A stretch of 64,000 nt of DNA, taken from Acidobacteriota bacterium (GTDB lineage Bacteria; Acidobacteriota; CAIWXX01). The position numbers and the translations under genes are program-made. Positions 29,798-39,547 of this stretch are shown in pieces (positions within the stretch are counted from its first letter, which is position 1; the number at the start of each line of letters is the position of its first letter). The notes under the pieces were generated by a model. That model made no database searches. It was not told the origin of the DNA and was given only the letters and a program-made list of their open reading frames with translations. The stretch is taken from NCBI GenBank assembly GCA_040755995.1, contig JBFMAF010000055.1:64001-128000 (forward strand), given 5' to 3'.

Positions 29798-30298
29798 ATG
29801 AAAAATTCTAGTCAGTCAACCTCAACCGGGGAACGGACTCACGACCATTTCATGAAGCTGGCCATCGAGGCGGCCAAGCGCGCTCGGCACCTCGGCGAGG
29901 TACCGATCGGCGCCGTGATCGAGTTTGAGGGCGAAGTGATCGGCACAGGATTCAACCAGCCGATTCGCGCGCTCGATCCAACCGCGCACGCCGAGATCGG
30001 GGCGCTTCGACAGGCGGCACGTGCGCTGGACAACTACCGCCTGACCGGCGCGAGTCTCTACGTCACGATCGAACCGTGTATCATGTGCCTCGGTGCTCTG
30101 CTGCACGCTCGCATCGGCACTCTCGTCTACGGCGCCGCCGATCCGAAGTGCGGTGCTATCGAGTCCGTGTTCAAGCTCGGCACCCACCGGCAGATCGCCA
30201 AGCAACTGACCGTGGTGAGGGGTGTACTGGAGGTGGATTGCCGCAAGCTGCTCCAGGAATTCTTCAAGTTCAAGCGCGAAGAAGACATCGAAACTTAG
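29798..30298 (+). CDS. tadA: tRNA adenosine(34) deaminase
   Basis: GEVPIGAV, DPTAHAE, LYVTIEPCIMC, GAADPK, LLQEFF motifs. Confidence 0.93.
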   Translation: MKNSSQSTSTGERTHDHFMKLAIEAAKRARHLGEVPIGAVIEFEGEVIGTGFNQPIRALDPTAHAEIGALRQAARALDNYRLTGASLYVTIEPCIMCLGALLHARIGTLVYGAADPKCGAIESVFKLGTHRQIAKQLTVVRGVLEVDCRKLLQEFFKFKREEDIET

Positions 30299-30367
30299 GC
30301 ACCGGCGGCGCCCGCCAACCGGCTCGAACGCAATTGCGCTCGACCGGGGCTGAGGACATTCGAAGAG

Positions 30368-30460
<93 letters not shown>

Positions 30461-30624
30461 GGTCTAGTGAGCGCACGCAAACACAGGGCTGCAATTTGCG
30501 CCAAATCATATTAACACATTGAGACGCCGAACGATAGAGGATTTCTTTCGCTTGTTTCGTGGAGCCCTTGCTCGGTGGAGCCGGCAAAGGCGCCAGGGTG
30601 GCCGCAGCTCGGAAACGTCCGACG

Positions 30625-30696
30625 CGCGGAGACGCCGGGATGGGGAGACGCGGAGAACTGGATAGAGGCCTTTCACCGCGTCACGGTGTACACGCG
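30625..30696. repeat. Bipartite inverted octamer array (CGCGGAGA CGCCGGGA TGGGGAGA CGCGGAGA / TCACCGCG TCACGGTG TACACGCG)
   Basis: Read directly between tRNA-Ser and lipA. Confidence 0.75.
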
Positions 30697-30764
30697 CTAC
30701 CGCGCACGCTCCGCCTCGCAATGATCACAGTGGGCGGTTCAGCCTCACATCCGGATGCCGCCGT

Positions 30765-31637
30765 TCATGTCGGGGGCACGCTGGCGTGGTATGAGCTTCG
30801 CACGAGCGGGCCGGAGAGGACGTTGGTGAACCCTATCTTCTCTGCCACCCTCTTGAGCTCCCGGAACTCCTCGGGAGAGTAGTACCGCATGACAGGATGG
30901 AGCTTCCGCGACGGCTGGAGGTACTGCCCGACGGTCAAGCACCGGCAGCCCGCGCGGTGCAAGTCCTCGAACACCGCCACCAGCTCGCCCTCGGTCTCCC
31001 CCAGTCCGACCATGATGCCGCTCTTGGTGATCATCCCCGAGTCCAGATCCATTGCGATGCGCAGGACGTCGAGCGAGACCGCGTAGTCGGCGCCTGGACG
31101 AATCCCGCGGAAGAGCCGCGGGACGGTCTCGATGTTGTGGTTGAAGACATCGGGCCGCGCATCCACAACGCATTGCACGGACTCACGCCGTCCGCGGAAG
31201 TCCGGCACCAGAACTTCAATAGTGGTCCGAGGGCATGCCTGCCTGATCGCGCGTATCGTTCTGTTGAATGCCTCTGCGCCCCCGTCCGGCAGGTCGTCGC
31301 GGGTCACGCTGGTGACCACCGCGTGGGCAATGCCCATCTGGCTCACTGCGGCCGCGACGCGTGAGGGCTCGTCGAGATCGAGCCCCTTGGGGTGACCCTT
31401 CGCGACCGCGCAGTATCCGCAACGCCGTGTGCACGTGTTGCCGAGGATCAAGAACGTGGCCGTGCCGCTCCCCCAGCAGTCCCCGATATTGGGGCAGAGC
31501 GCGCTCTCGCAGACCGTGTGAAGCTCCGAGCCGCGCATCATCCGCTTCAATCCGAAGTAGGTCTCGCCGCTCGGAAGCCTCACTTTCAGCCAGTCGGGCC
31601 TGCCTGCGGGGCGCCGCGGGTCACGGGAATCCGGCAT
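30765..31637 (-). CDS. lipA: Lipoyl synthase
   Basis: PDWLKV, CX4CX5C (CESALCPNIGDC), CX3CX2C (CTRRCGYC), GPLVRSSY. Confidence 0.97.
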   Translation of the reverse strand: MPDSRDPRRPAGRPDWLKVRLPSGETYFGLKRMMRGSELHTVCESALCPNIGDCWGSGTATFLILGNTCTRRCGYCAVAKGHPKGLDLDEPSRVAAAVSQMGIAHAVVTSVTRDDLPDGGAEAFNRTIRAIRQACPRTTIEVLVPDFRGRRESVQCVVDARPDVFNHNIETVPRLFRGIRPGADYAVSLDVLRIAMDLDSGMITKSGIMVGLGETEGELVAVFEDLHRAGCRCLTVGQYLQPSRKLHPVMRYYSPEEFRELKRVAEKIGFTNVLSGPLVRSSYHASVPPT

Positions 31638-31691
31638 TCCATCCTCTCAGATCCGGGCCGAGCGATTGTCTACCGCTGGTCGGGGCGGCAG

Positions 31692-32153
31692 CTACTTGAA
31701 AAGCTCCAGCACCTCATCCAGCTCCGACATCTTTTTCTGCGCCGATTCGATGTTGCTCTCCATCTGCGCGATCTGCCGCTTCGTGTCTTCAATGGCCTTG
31801 CGATTAGCTTCGATCTCGGTCTGTATCGAGCTCCTGGCGATGTCCGTCCTCATCAGGATGTCCTCGACCGAGACTCCCATCGCCCCCATCGTCTTGCGCA
31901 CGATCGCAGCGCCGGTCTTCTTGTTCACCTCCGGCGGCAGATCGCGGATCAGCCCGATGAGGGTGGCGAGCTGTGGGATCTGCCCGACGATCGAGTCGCC
32001 GCCTGAGGCCACTGAGCCGGCCGGTGCTGCCGCCTGCGCCGCAGCTTCGGGGACCTCCGGGCCCGCGGCCTCATCAGTCGTCCCGATCACCGCTTTGAGT
32101 ATCTTCCGGCCCCATCCTTCGTCTCCGCCCTGCCCGCCAAGCTCTTCAGCCAT
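31692..32153 (-). CDS. Hypothetical protein with C-terminal coiled coil
   Basis: RBS GAGGAGG before ATG 32153; heptad-rich C-terminus. Confidence 0.65.
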   Translation of the reverse strand: MAEELGGQGGDEGWGRKILKAVIGTTDEAAGPEVPEAAAQAAAPAGSVASGGDSIVGQIPQLATLIGLIRDLPPEVNKKTGAAIVRKTMGAMGVSVEDILMRTDIARSSIQTEIEANRKAIEDTKRQIAQMESNIESAQKKMSELDEVLELFK

Positions 32154-32300
32154 CGCACTCCTCCTCTGCCAGGTGGAACATAGCCAATGCCCGAATACGG
32201 TGTCAACCTGCATCCACAATCCCGGGGAGGTGCAGCCCGGAAACATGCCGCGGGTACACCGGTTCACAAGTCCACAGCTGACTCGTATCGTCTCCGCCGT

Positions 32301-32412
32301 GATCGTTGACGTAGACGTGTATGCGTTCAGGCCGACATTCACGACCAGGCTCGCCGAAGCCCTGACTCAGTTTCATGGGCCCGAGGTCGGGAACGGGTGC
32401 GGGTACGGATTC
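32301..32412. repeat. Hexamer arrays (GATCGT TGACGT AGACGT; CGGGAA CGGGTG CGGGTA CGGATT)
   Basis: Read directly in the divergent spacer before hemW. Confidence 0.6.
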
Positions 32413-32491
32413 AGGCCAATGACGAGATCCGAAATTCGTCTTGACTGTCCGGGCGCAGGCCCACTAAGATGCTTCCTCAACGCTGGTATTC

Positions 32492-33592
32492 ATGCACGAG
32501 GCCGGACTTTACGTCCACATACCATTCTGCAGGAGCCGCTGCGGCTACTGTCATTTTACTACATCAGTAGTAGAGACGCAGGAGCCGTATGTAGAGGCGC
32601 TGATTGGGGAGATCGAGGAGCGCGGCCGGAGCCCGGAGGTGGGACGGATGGTATTCGATTCCGTCTACTTCGGCGGGGGGACCCCGAGCCTCCTCCGGGC
32701 GGACCTGTTCGCACTGCTGATCCATCGGTTGCGGGCGACCTTCCGCATCGAACGCGGCTGCGAGATCACGATCGAGGCCAACCCCGATGCCGGAGTGGCC
32801 GCGAACGCGGCGTTCTACGCGGAACAGGGGGTCAACCGCGTGAGCATCGGGGCGCAGAGCGCGGTTCCGGCCGAGCTGGACTCGCTCGACAGACGCCACT
32901 CGGTTGAAGACGTTCGCGCGAGCCTGCCCGCGATTCGGCGGCACATCGAAAACGTCAATCTGGATTTCATCCTCGGGATACCCGGCCAGGATCAGGCCAG
33001 CCTGGACGCGAGTCTTGCATTGATAGACGAGACTGCCCCATCGCATGTCTCCTTCTATATCTTGGAGCTCTCTGAGGAATCGAAGCCCGGCCGGTTGGCG
33101 CCGCCGGAGGACGAGACAGTCGAACGGCTCTACCGCCACGCATGCCGCATCATGAGATCGCGCGGCTACGTGCACTATGAGATCTGCAATTTCGGAAAAC
33201 CCGGACGGGAGTGCCGCCACAACCAGAAGTATTGGGACGGCTCCGACTACCTCGGCCTCGGCCTCTCGGCCTGTTCCCTGTATGCTGGCGGGCGTATTCA
33301 CAACACAACCCAGTGGGCTGACTACCTGGACGACCCGGCTCGCCACCGGCGTTTCATTCCGACCTCCGACGAAGCGCTGTCGAGGGAGACGATCTTCCTG
33401 TCACTGAGACAATCGAAAGGGCTCACGGTTTCGTCCTTCCAGCGGCGGTTCGGGTACGACCCCTATGCGCGCTTCAAGAGCGAGTGGGATGAGTTGATGG
33501 AATTCGGGCTCGTCGTTCGGGACGGCGATCGATTCTACATTCCGGAGGACAGGATGCTCATGGGCAACGAGGTCTTCGTCCGTTTCGTCTAG
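32492..33592 (+). CDS. hemW: Radical SAM heme chaperone (HemN-like)
   Basis: LYVHIPFC..CGYC, YFGGGTPS, EANP, HNQKYW (HemW-type HNxxYW). Confidence 0.9.
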   Translation: MHEAGLYVHIPFCRSRCGYCHFTTSVVETQEPYVEALIGEIEERGRSPEVGRMVFDSVYFGGGTPSLLRADLFALLIHRLRATFRIERGCEITIEANPDAGVAANAAFYAEQGVNRVSIGAQSAVPAELDSLDRRHSVEDVRASLPAIRRHIENVNLDFILGIPGQDQASLDASLALIDETAPSHVSFYILELSEESKPGRLAPPEDETVERLYRHACRIMRSRGYVHYEICNFGKPGRECRHNQKYWDGSDYLGLGLSACSLYAGGRIHNTTQWADYLDDPARHRRFIPTSDEALSRETIFLSLRQSKGLTVSSFQRRFGYDPYARFKSEWDELMEFGLVVRDGDRFYIPEDRMLMGNEVFVRFV

Positions 33593-33639
33593 CGGCGGCA
33601 TCCTGGATCGGCACCAGAGGAAGATGCAGGAGGACTTCG

Positions 33640-36600
33640 ATGGGCTCGTTGTCGCACGGCAGTGAGTTCGCCCCGTTCCTGAGCGGCGAGGAATCGAGCC
33701 ACGACCGCGTTTCGACACTGTATCGCACCACCGACGTGAGCGGGCGTGCGGTGGCTCTGCGCGTGTTCGCCCGCAACAGCGGCCTGCCGGCCGACCCGGG
33801 AGCCATGGGCGCCTACGCCCGGCTGGTACATCCACATCTGCAGCGCCTCCACGCGTTCGGTACACTCGCAAACGGCGGTCTATTCGCCGCGTGCGAGTGG
33901 GCCGGTGGGACCTGCGTGGCTGAACTGCGAGAGCCTCTTCCGACCGACGTCGTCCGCCGCACTGCCTTCCAGATGAGCTCGGCCCTGTCGTTCCTGCACG
34001 CCCGCGGCCTGACTCATGGCAACGTCGGCTCGACGACCGTGATGATCTCGGGCGAGGAGTCGCTCCTGACCAGGCCCGAGTGGGTGACCCGACGCGATCA
34101 CCCGCTGCCCCTCGCAGGCGGCGCCTCGCGCCCCGTCGATGCCGCTGCGTCCGACGTGGCCGGTCTGGGCAGGACTCTTCTGGAGATGTGCCTCCGCGAT
34201 GCCAACGCTGCCGATCTGTCCGACGCCACGCGCCTCGCACAGGCGATCTCAGCCGTTCACGATCCGCAGCTCAGGAGTCTCGTCCAACGGATGTTGGGCG
34301 GTCGCTGCACTGCGGAGTACGCCTTCAGCAGTTGCCTCCCCTGGATGCCCGCCTTCGACGCCTGCGCCGCGAGAAGCTGCGTGGGACACAGCCTGGACAG
34401 GCGACTGGCCTCAGTCGTCGACGCGACACTCGCTGAGCTCCGGCGCGGACATTCGTTCATTCTCTTCATTGAAGGGCGGTGGGGGACGGAGCGCAGGGAG
34501 ATGCTGGACCGTCTGGAGCTCTCGTACGGCGCTTCCTTGCTGGCGCTGCACATCCGCGGCTCTGGCGGTCCCACCGAGACCGCGCGCGTCCGAATCGACC
34601 AGGCCCTGCGCCACGCGGTCGCGGGTCTGCGTGGAGACGCTCCGATCAAGGCCGCGCGCACGGATGCGGGCGTTGTCGCTCAGCTCGCCGCCGGGCTGCT
34701 CCAGGCATCGGGCCGACCGGGCCTGCTCCTGTCGATCGAGATCGACGACGAACCCGACTCTGACGACCCCGCCTTCCTCGCCGAACTGCTCCCACACCTC
34801 CGGCAGCTTCCTTTCATCCTCATCGCCCACGCTCCGAGCAGGCCTCGAGGACTGCCCGAGGAAATCGCGCATGTGGTCATCGAGTATCCATCCGCACAGG
34901 AGCTCGTGGAGCGCTTCTTTCTGCCGGGTCCGGCCGCCGAGAGGATCAAGAAGAGGCTGGCCGTTGATTCCGGTGGAAACGTCGAACTCTTCCGAGAGGG
35001 GCTCTCAAAGGCGCTCATGACTCGTGGGGCCGACGCCGTCAACGGAAACTGGAAGGGCGGGGGGTCCACGATCCTTGCGTCAAACCTGCGCGATCTGATC
35101 GAGATGTTGCCGGATGATCAAAGAGCCGTGCTGTCGCTGCTCGCCCATGCCATTACTTCGCTTCCGCGCGAATTCTTCGCCGAGCACGAATGGGGACTGC
35201 TTCGCGATCTGCAGAGGTTTGTTACGTGCACAGACGCCGTCGCCAGGCTCAGGCCCGAGGCGCGCCGCCGGCTGGCGCGCGCCGCCGGCACGCGTCGGGC
35301 CGGCTGCACTGCCGTCCTTGCGCGGCTGGAAGAACGCCGGATCGAGATGCCTCCGCTGACGATGGCATGGCTTCTTGCAGGCGCCGGGAGACAAGGCCCG
35401 GCTATCGCCTCGTTGAAGCAGGCCGGCATGGCCGCGCTCGCCACGGCCCCGCGCGAGCGCGTGTCAAGGCTGTTCGCGAGGCTTGCGCGTCACGCCGGTC
35501 GCACCGCGGACATCGAGTTCTGGAGGCTTAGAGGCGACTGGGCCGTGGCCGGCGAGCAGTTTCGCGAGGCGATCGGGTACTACCGCCGGGCCGTCGAGCT
35601 CGCCGGCCGTCACGATCCGGACCTGATGTGCCGGTGCGCTCGATCGGCCGAGTCGGCGGCGGACTATCGACTGGCGGTGAGAACCGCCGAAGAAGCTCTG
35701 GACCTGGCCGGAGACGGTCGCGACGCGCTGGGGCTCCGCTGCATCGCAGCGCGCTGCCGCTACCTGCTCGGCGACATCGACGCAGCCAAGATCCACTGGG
35801 CGACAGCTCGTGTGCAGTGCGACGGCGCGCAGATCGCCGCGATAGACCGCGGTATCTGCATGCGCGACTTCGGGCATTTCCTATACAGATGCGACAGGAG
35901 CCGCGAAGCGCGCGAGGTCCTGGAGGAGTCGGAGGGGATTTTGCGGCAGATCCCCGAGGCGGCAGCCGAGTCCGCGAAGGCGATCCATTACCTCGGCTTC
36001 CTGCACCGGGCCGGCGGAGACCTGCGCGGTGCCCGCGCGTGCTTCGAGACTGCCGGCAAGAGGTATGCCGAGGCCGGATGCCTGCTCGAGCAGGGCAAGG
36101 TGGCCTCCGATCTCGGCCTACTACACATGGAGATGGAGCAGTGGCCGGATGCAAGGCGCCATCTCGAGATCAGCCTGGAGCTGTTCCGGAGGATACGAAA
36201 TCGGCGGGCGGTGATCCTGGCCAGCTTCAATCTTGCCGAGGTCATGCTCGCGACGGGCGAATACGAACAGGCGCGTCGAATTTATGATCGCTGCATGGTG
36301 GCTGACCGGGCCAGCGGCAGCCCGCGATTGGCGGCCTACACCAGCTCGAGCCTCGGCACTCTTGCCTTCTACAAGGGCGATCTGGATGAAGCATCGAGAC
36401 GGCTGGAGGAGGCGCTGGAGGCACTCACTGCTCACGGGGACCGGCGTGAGGTTCTGGATACGCTGCTGAAGCAGTTCCGAGTCTGTCTGGCGGAAGGTGC
36501 GGGAGACGCAGCGGACCTCCTCATTCAACGGATCCTACCGATGCTCGATGGAATCCCCGCATCCGATCGCCTGAATCTGGATTCTCTCGTGCTGCGGGCG

Positions 36601-38415
36601 GCCAGCCTCAGGCGGCGCGACGGCGAGGCAGCGTCGCAGCTGGCGCACACCGCGCTGGAGTCGTGCGCCGATCGCCCGTCGGTTCAGGCGCAGGCTCATC
36701 TGGTGCTGGCAGAGGTCGCGGCGCTTGCCGGCAGGGGCCGCGAGATGAGTGGACACTACAGGCGGGCCCTTGCCGCTTCGGACCGGTGTTTGAATCCGCA
36801 TGTGCAGCTGGAGGTCCGGATGTCGATGCTGGCGCACGCCGCGGCCGAGGCGCTGAGGGACCCGGGCTTCTGCGGGAGGACGGAGGACATGCTCGATCGC
36901 TCCGGAAACCAGAGGCTGATCCGGCTGTATCGCGAATGGAGCGATGCGAACCGGGCGGTGTTGGGCCTGCCGTCTCCCCGCCGATTCGCTCCCCCGGGCA
37001 TCGAGACCGAGGTTTACAAGATCAGTCGCCGCGCCGGCCAGGGCTCCAGCGACGAGTCGGTGGCGGCGCTGATCGTCGACGCGATCATCGACCGGCTGGG
37101 CGCCGATCGAGGCGTGTTGGCGCTGAAGTCGGACGGAGGTCTGCGGATGCTCGTCAGCCGCGGGGCCTTGCCGGATACGGCCGGCTACGCGCTCGACGTC
37201 CTCACGACCACTACGGGACGCGCGGACCCCATCGTGCTGCGGGGACCGGAGACGATGCCGGAGGCGATGCGGGCGCACGGTGTTGCATCCGCCCTCGCAG
37301 TCCCCGTCTTTCACAAGGGCCAGAGCGCAGGGGCGATCTATCTGGAACGGCGAGGTGATTCGGATGCATTCACGAAGGACGATGCCGAATTTGTAGCCGC
37401 GCTGGCCGACGGGCTGGCTTTGGGACTTCGAGGCCTGTGGGTAGAAGGGGGAAAGGCGGGCTCGGCCGAGCGCCACCCGGCACTGGCCGGGTTCATCACT
37501 CATTCCGAGAAGATGCTCGGCGTCCTGGATTCGGCCTGCCGCGTCGCGGCACGCGACGTGAATGTGCTCATCACGGGCGAGAGTGGAACCGGCAAGGAAC
37601 TGCTGGCGCGCGCCATCCACGAGATGAGCGGGCGGAGGCGCGACCGCTTCGTGCCGATCAACTGCGGCGCTATCCCGGAGAACTTGTTGGAGAGCGAGTT
37701 CTTCGGATACTGCCGGGGGGCGTTCACCGACGCCCGCGCGGATCGTGCCGGGCTCATAGAGGAGGCCTCCGGCGGAACGCTGTTCTTGGATGAGATCGGG
37801 GAGATGCCGATGAAGCTCCAGGCCAAGCTCCTGCGAGTGGTGCAGGAGCGCGAGTTCAGGAGGATCGGGGAGACACGCAGCCGCTCGGCGGATGTGCGAT
37901 TCGTCTGCGCTACGAATCGTGACCTGGCGGCCGACGTCGCAGCGGGCCGGTTCAGGGAGGACCTGTTCTACCGCCTGCAGGTGGTGACTCTCACGATCCC
38001 GCCGCTGCGGGAGCGGCGTGAGGATGTGATGCCGCTCGTCGAGCACTTCGTCGCGTTGTATTCCCGAAACTATGGGATCACGCCTCCTCGGCTCGGCAGC
38101 TCTGCGCGCAACTGGATCCAGCGCCATCCGTGGGGAGGGAATGTGCGCGAGCTCCAGAATGCGCTCCAGCGAGCCCTCCTCGCGGTGGGCGACGGAGCCG
38201 TGCTGGAGAGGGAGCATTTCCATTCTTTGACGGCCGAGGAGTCCATCGTCCCCGTGGTATCCGGCTTGACCTTTGCGCAGGCGTGCTCGAAGTTCGAGCG
38301 CGCGTTTCTGACGGAGGCGCTGCGGTGCGCGAATGGAAGCAAGACGGTCTGCGCGCGCGACCTGGGGCTGAGTCGCCAGGGCCTCTTCAAGCTGATGAAG
38401 AAGCACGGGCTGTGA
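33640..38415 (+). CDS. Multidomain sigma54-dependent activator: pseudokinase, degenerate NTPase, TPR, GAF, AAA+, HTH
   Basis: C-terminal GESGTGKE, GAFTDA, LFLDEI, FREDLFYRL, WGGNVREL, Fis-like HTH; GAF (ALAVPV..GAIYLE); TPR-like helices; kinase-like N-terminus. Confidence 0.88.
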   Translation: MGSLSHGSEFAPFLSGEESSHDRVSTLYRTTDVSGRAVALRVFARNSGLPADPGAMGAYARLVHPHLQRLHAFGTLANGGLFAACEWAGGTCVAELREPLPTDVVRRTAFQMSSALSFLHARGLTHGNVGSTTVMISGEESLLTRPEWVTRRDHPLPLAGGASRPVDAAASDVAGLGRTLLEMCLRDANAADLSDATRLAQAISAVHDPQLRSLVQRMLGGRCTAEYAFSSCLPWMPAFDACAARSCVGHSLDRRLASVVDATLAELRRGHSFILFIEGRWGTERREMLDRLELSYGASLLALHIRGSGGPTETARVRIDQALRHAVAGLRGDAPIKAARTDAGVVAQLAAGLLQASGRPGLLLSIEIDDEPDSDDPAFLAELLPHLRQLPFILIAHAPSRPRGLPEEIAHVVIEYPSAQELVERFFLPGPAAERIKKRLAVDSGGNVELFREGLSKALMTRGADAVNGNWKGGGSTILASNLRDLIEMLPDDQRAVLSLLAHAITSLPREFFAEHEWGLLRDLQRFVTCTDAVARLRPEARRRLARAAGTRRAGCTAVLARLEERRIEMPPLTMAWLLAGAGRQGPAIASLKQAGMAALATAPRERVSRLFARLARHAGRTADIEFWRLRGDWAVAGEQFREAIGYYRRAVELAGRHDPDLMCRCARSAESAADYRLAVRTAEEALDLAGDGRDALGLRCIAARCRYLLGDIDAAKIHWATARVQCDGAQIAAIDRGICMRDFGHFLYRCDRSREAREVLEESEGILRQIPEAAAESAKAIHYLGFLHRAGGDLRGARACFETAGKRYAEAGCLLEQGKVASDLGLLHMEMEQWPDARRHLEISLELFRRIRNRRAVILASFNLAEVMLATGEYEQARRIYDRCMVADRASGSPRLAAYTSSSLGTLAFYKGDLDEASRRLEEALEALTAHGDRREVLDTLLKQFRVCLAEGAGDAADLLIQRILPMLDGIPASDRLNLDSLVLRAASLRRRDGEAASQLAHTALESCADRPSVQAQAHLVLAEVAALAGRGREMSGHYRRALAASDRCLNPHVQLEVRMSMLAHAAAEALRDPGFCGRTEDMLDRSGNQRLIRLYREWSDANRAVLGLPSPRRFAPPGIETEVYKISRRAGQGSSDESVAALIVDAIIDRLGADRGVLALKSDGGLRMLVSRGALPDTAGYALDVLTTTTGRADPIVLRGPETMPEAMRAHGVASALAVPVFHKGQSAGAIYLERRGDSDAFTKDDAEFVAALADGLALGLRGLWVEGGKAGSAERHPALAGFITHSEKMLGVLDSACRVAARDVNVLITGESGTGKELLARAIHEMSGRRRDRFVPINCGAIPENLLESEFFGYCRGAFTDARADRAGLIEEASGGTLFLDEIGEMPMKLQAKLLRVVQEREFRRIGETRSRSADVRFVCATNRDLAADVAAGRFREDLFYRLQVVTLTIPPLRERREDVMPLVEHFVALYSRNYGITPPRLGSSARNWIQRHPWGGNVRELQNALQRALLAVGDGAVLEREHFHSLTAEESIVPVVSGLTFAQACSKFERAFLTEALRCANGSKTVCARDLGLSRQGLFKLMKKHGL

Positions 38416-38532
38416 CGGAGGCTCCGGCGGAAGCGCATTTTGCGACCAGCTGGCGGCTTGAGGCGGAAAAGAACATGTTGCGACAGAGTGAAGCTCTTGG
38501 AGCGGTGCGCCATCGCCACGCGGGAGCTGCCC

Positions 38533-38560
38533 ACTCTCCACTCTCAACTCTCCACTCTCT
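38533..38560. repeat. Heptamer array ACTCTCC ACTCTCA ACTCTCC ACTCTCT
   Basis: Read directly in the spacer before dppB. Confidence 0.8.
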
Positions 38561-38623
38561 ACGCGAGGCGCGGCCAACACGGTCTCGCATGCTTCATCGG
38601 TCCGAGGCCGCACGTCGCTAAAG

Positions 38624-39547
38624 ATGGGGCGATACGTCATCAGGCGGCTTGTCGTCGGCGCAGTTGTGTTGACCGGCGTCCTCCTCCTTACCTTTCTATT
38701 AATACACTGCATGCCTGGCGACCCTGTGCGGTCGATGCTGGGCGATGCCGCACAGTCAGCGGACGTCGTCGCCTTGAGACACCGGTTGGGTCTGGACCTA
38801 CCGATCGCCGAGCAACTGCGGCGCTACCTCCTGAACATCGCCAGGCTCGATCTCGGCCGCTCGGTCTATTCCTCCCAGCCGGTCATGATGCTTGTGAGTC
38901 GATCGTTCCGGTACACCCTCGTACTTGCGCTGGCGGCGCTGTCGATAGGGACGCTCAGCGGCGTTCCGCTCGGCGCCTTCGCCGCGCTGAAGGACCGCGG
39001 ATGGGGATCGGCGATCTCGGCCGCTGCAAGCGCAGCGTGGGCGGTGCCGGTGTTCTGGCTCGCTCCAATGCTGACCCTGGGGCTCGCCGTCAAACTGGGT
39101 CTGTTGCCAGTCTCGGGTTGCGAGACTGCCGTTCACATGGTTCTCCCGGCCCTCACCCTGGCCGTTCCGACCGCCGCCTATCTGACCCGAATGACGAAGG
39201 CGCGGGTCGAAGCCGTGGTGGTGTGCGACTTCGTTCGCGCACTTCGAGCGCGTGGTCTCCGCGAGTCCCGTGTGGTCGCTCTGCATGTTCTCCCGAACGC
39301 GCTCGTCCCCCTGCTCTCCGTAGTCGCGCTGCTGTTCGGTAACCTGCTCGCGGGTGCAGTCATCACCGAGTCGGTGTTCGCATGGCCGGGGATGGGCAGA
39401 CTCCTCGTGACATCAATCGCCCATCGCGACTACCCCGTCATTCAGGCTTGTGTGCTTGTCGCGGCCTGCCTCTACGTAGGTCTCAATCTCGCGGCGGACC
39501 TGCTGCATGCCGCGCTCGATCCTCGTGTGCGCGAGGGCCTGGACTGA
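38624..39547 (+). CDS. Peptide/nickel ABC transporter permease (DppB/OppB family)
   Basis: PGDPV, LGLDLP, ARLDLGRS, RARGL, ITESVFAWPGMG, RDYPVIQ, LDPRVR. Confidence 0.92.
   Translation: MGRYVIRRLVVGAVVLTGVLLLTFLLIHCMPGDPVRSMLGDAAQSADVVALRHRLGLDLPIAEQLRRYLLNIARLDLGRSVYSSQPVMMLVSRSFRYTLVLALAALSIGTLSGVPLGAFAALKDRGWGSAISAAASAAWAVPVFWLAPMLTLGLAVKLGLLPVSGCETAVHMVLPALTLAVPTAAYLTRMTKARVEAVVVCDFVRALRARGLRESRVVALHVLPNALVPLLSVVALLFGNLLAGAVITESVFAWPGMGRLLVTSIAHRDYPVIQACVLVAACLYVGLNLAADLLHAALDPRVREGLD

Noticed and set aside
30489..30503. sigma54 -24/-12 promoter (TGGCGCAAATTGCA, minus strand) before tRNA-Ser
   Set aside because: GG to GC spacing is 8 nt rather than the required 10.
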